From an uncultured Acidobacteriaceae bacterium (GTDB lineage: Bacteria > Acidobacteriota > Terriglobia > Terriglobales > Acidobacteriaceae), in assembly GCA_964246235.1 (NCBI GenBank), contig CAXTPR010000010.1:1946-65945 (forward strand): a stretch of DNA of 64,000 bases. Reading direction: 5' to 3'. The translations under genes and the position numbers were made by a program. Below, piece by piece: positions 62,830 through 64,000 of the stretch; position 1 is the stretch's first letter; each line of letters opens with the position of its first letter. The notes under the pieces are model-generated. The model ran no database searches, was not told the DNA's origin, and saw only the letters and a program-made list of their open reading frames with translations.

Positions 62830-64000
62830 ATGGGTCCTTCCTACATCGCCGGCCTGGCAGGCTCGGCCCCCAGCCTCGACTCTGACACGGTACGCTTCGC
62901 CTTCGACAATACCTATGCTCGTCTTCCTGATCGCTTCTACGCGCGATTGAACCCCACGCCGGTGGCCGCGCCCCGGCTCGTCAAGCTGAACGTGGGACTG
63001 GCGGAACACCTGGGTCTCGATCCAGGGTCGCTGGCGAGCGCGGAGGGCGTGGAGGTGCTGGCCGGGAACCGGGTAGCGAAGGGAGCCGAGCCGTTGGCCA
63101 TCGCCTATGCCGGGCATCAGTTCGGCTACTTCGTGCCGCAGCTCGGCGATGGCCGCGCCAACCTGCTGGGTGAGGTGATCGGGCAGGACGGCGTCCGGTA
63201 CGACATTCAGCTCAAGGGATCGGGGCCTACGCCGTTCTCGCGGCGCGGCGACGGCCGGGCCGCGCTGGGGCCGGTGCTGCGTGAATACGTGATCAGCGAG
63301 GCCATGGCAGCACTCCGCGTGCCGACAACGCGGGCCCTTGCGGCGATCGGCACCGGCGAGCGTGTCGTTCGCGAGACGATGCTGCCAGGAGCGGTGTTCG
63401 TGCGCGTGGCTGCGAGTCATCTTCGCGTGGGGACGTTTCAATACTTCGCCGCGCGCGGCGATACCGAAGGCCTTCGCGCGCTGGCGGACTATGCGATCGG
63501 CCGGCACTACCCGGAAGCGGCGCATGACCCGGAAGCGGCGCATTCCGATCGGCCGTATCTGGCTCTGCTGGAAGGTGTGGTCCGGCGGCAGGCGCGGCTG
63601 GTCGCCCAGTGGATGGGGCTGGGCTTCATCCACGGTGTGATGAACACCGACAACACGTCGATCTCCGGCGAGACGATCGACTACGGTCCCTGCGCCTTTC
63701 TGGAGATCTACGAGCCGGACAAGGTGTTCAGCTCCATTGATGCGAACGGGCGATATGCCTACAGCAACCAGCCCGCCGCCATGCACTGGAACCTCACGCG
63801 TCTTGCCGAGGCGCTGCTGCCGCTGCTGCGGCAGGAGGCGGGCAGCGATGACGCCGGGCTCGATGCCGCGAAACAGGCGCTGGCCGGCTTTGCCCCGGAG
63901 CATGAAGCTGCCCGTCTGGCGGGTCTGCGCCGCAAGCTGGGGCTGCTGTCCGAGCAGGAGGGCGATGCAGCTTTGGCGGAAGACCTGCTGGAGCGCATGG
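62830..64000 (+). CDS. selO: Protein adenylyltransferase SelO (YdiU/UPF0061), 5' part (runs off window)
   Basis: Not in ORF track. Hand reading gives [56 protein letters not shown]. Confidence 0.96.
   Translation, partial: MGPSYIAGLAGSAPSLDSDTVRFAFDNTYARLPDRFYARLNPTPVAAPRLVKLNVGLAEHLGLDPGSLASAEGVEVLAGNRVAKGAEPLAIAYAGHQFGYFVPQLGDGRANLLGEVIGQDGVRYDIQLKGSGPTPFSRRGDGRAALGPVLREYVISEAMAALRVPTTRALAAIGTGERVVRETMLPGAVFVRVAASHLRVGTFQYFAARGDTEGLRALADYAIGRHYPEAAHDPEAAHSDRPYLALLEGVVRRQARLVAQWMGLGFIHGVMNTDNTSISGETIDYGPCAFLEIYEPDKVFSSIDANGRYAYSNQPAAMHWNLTRLAEALLPLLRQEAGSDDAGLDAAKQALAGFAPEHEAARLAGLRRKLGLLSEQEGDAALAEDLLERM

Noticed and set aside
1-64000. CRISPR array, tRNA/rRNA genes, transposases, integrases, prophage
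   Set aside because: No regularly spaced 23-47 bp repeats with spacers, no cloverleaf or rRNA signatures, and no DDE/Y1/tyrosine-recombinase or phage structural motifs were seen by eye.

Overview
High-GC (about 65%) bacterial chromosomal window, most consistent with an Acidobacteriota (Terriglobia/Acidobacteriaceae-like) genome; this is inferred from protein styles such as RpoA starting [12 protein letters not shown] and the long acidic ScpB. It is mostly core genome. It carries partial queA, an ABC-2 exporter, the infA-rpmJ-rpsM-rpsK-(small membrane ORF)-rpsD-rpoA-rplQ operon, bactofilin, bshA plus a ChbG/HpnK deacetylase, scattered carbohydrate-active enzymes (GH28-like, GH13, GH32, GH27, tannase) and an Fpg/Nei glycosylase. 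It also has the RDD/SpoIIM/DUF58/MoxR/DUF4350/DUF4129 cluster (with an orphan gene and a BrnT/BrnA module inside), an M42 peptidase, an ATP-grasp ligase, Mn-catalase, an LLM monooxygenase, hisS, a ferritin-like protein, a 7-gene Mrp/Mbh-like cation antiporter module with no MrpA, aspS, a nucleotidyltransferase pair, azoR, rluB, scpB, moeB, a MoaD/ThiS carrier and partial selO. queA, rpmJ and selO are absent from the ORF track and were read by hand. No tRNA, rRNA, CRISPR array, transposase or integrase was seen. The most unusual signals are: (1) a roughly 100-aa insert in the LLM monooxygenase holding a duplicated peptide conserved in protein but recoded in DNA; (2) a REP-like palindrome family found intergenically and also in frame inside two enzyme genes; (3) the single-D-subunit Mrp/Mbh-order module; (4) bshA coupled to an HpnK-type deacetylase; (5) a 56-aa membrane ORF inside the alpha operon; (6) eight genes with a leaderless TAnnnT-(6-7 nt)-start architecture. 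No database searches were run; family names come from recalled motifs.
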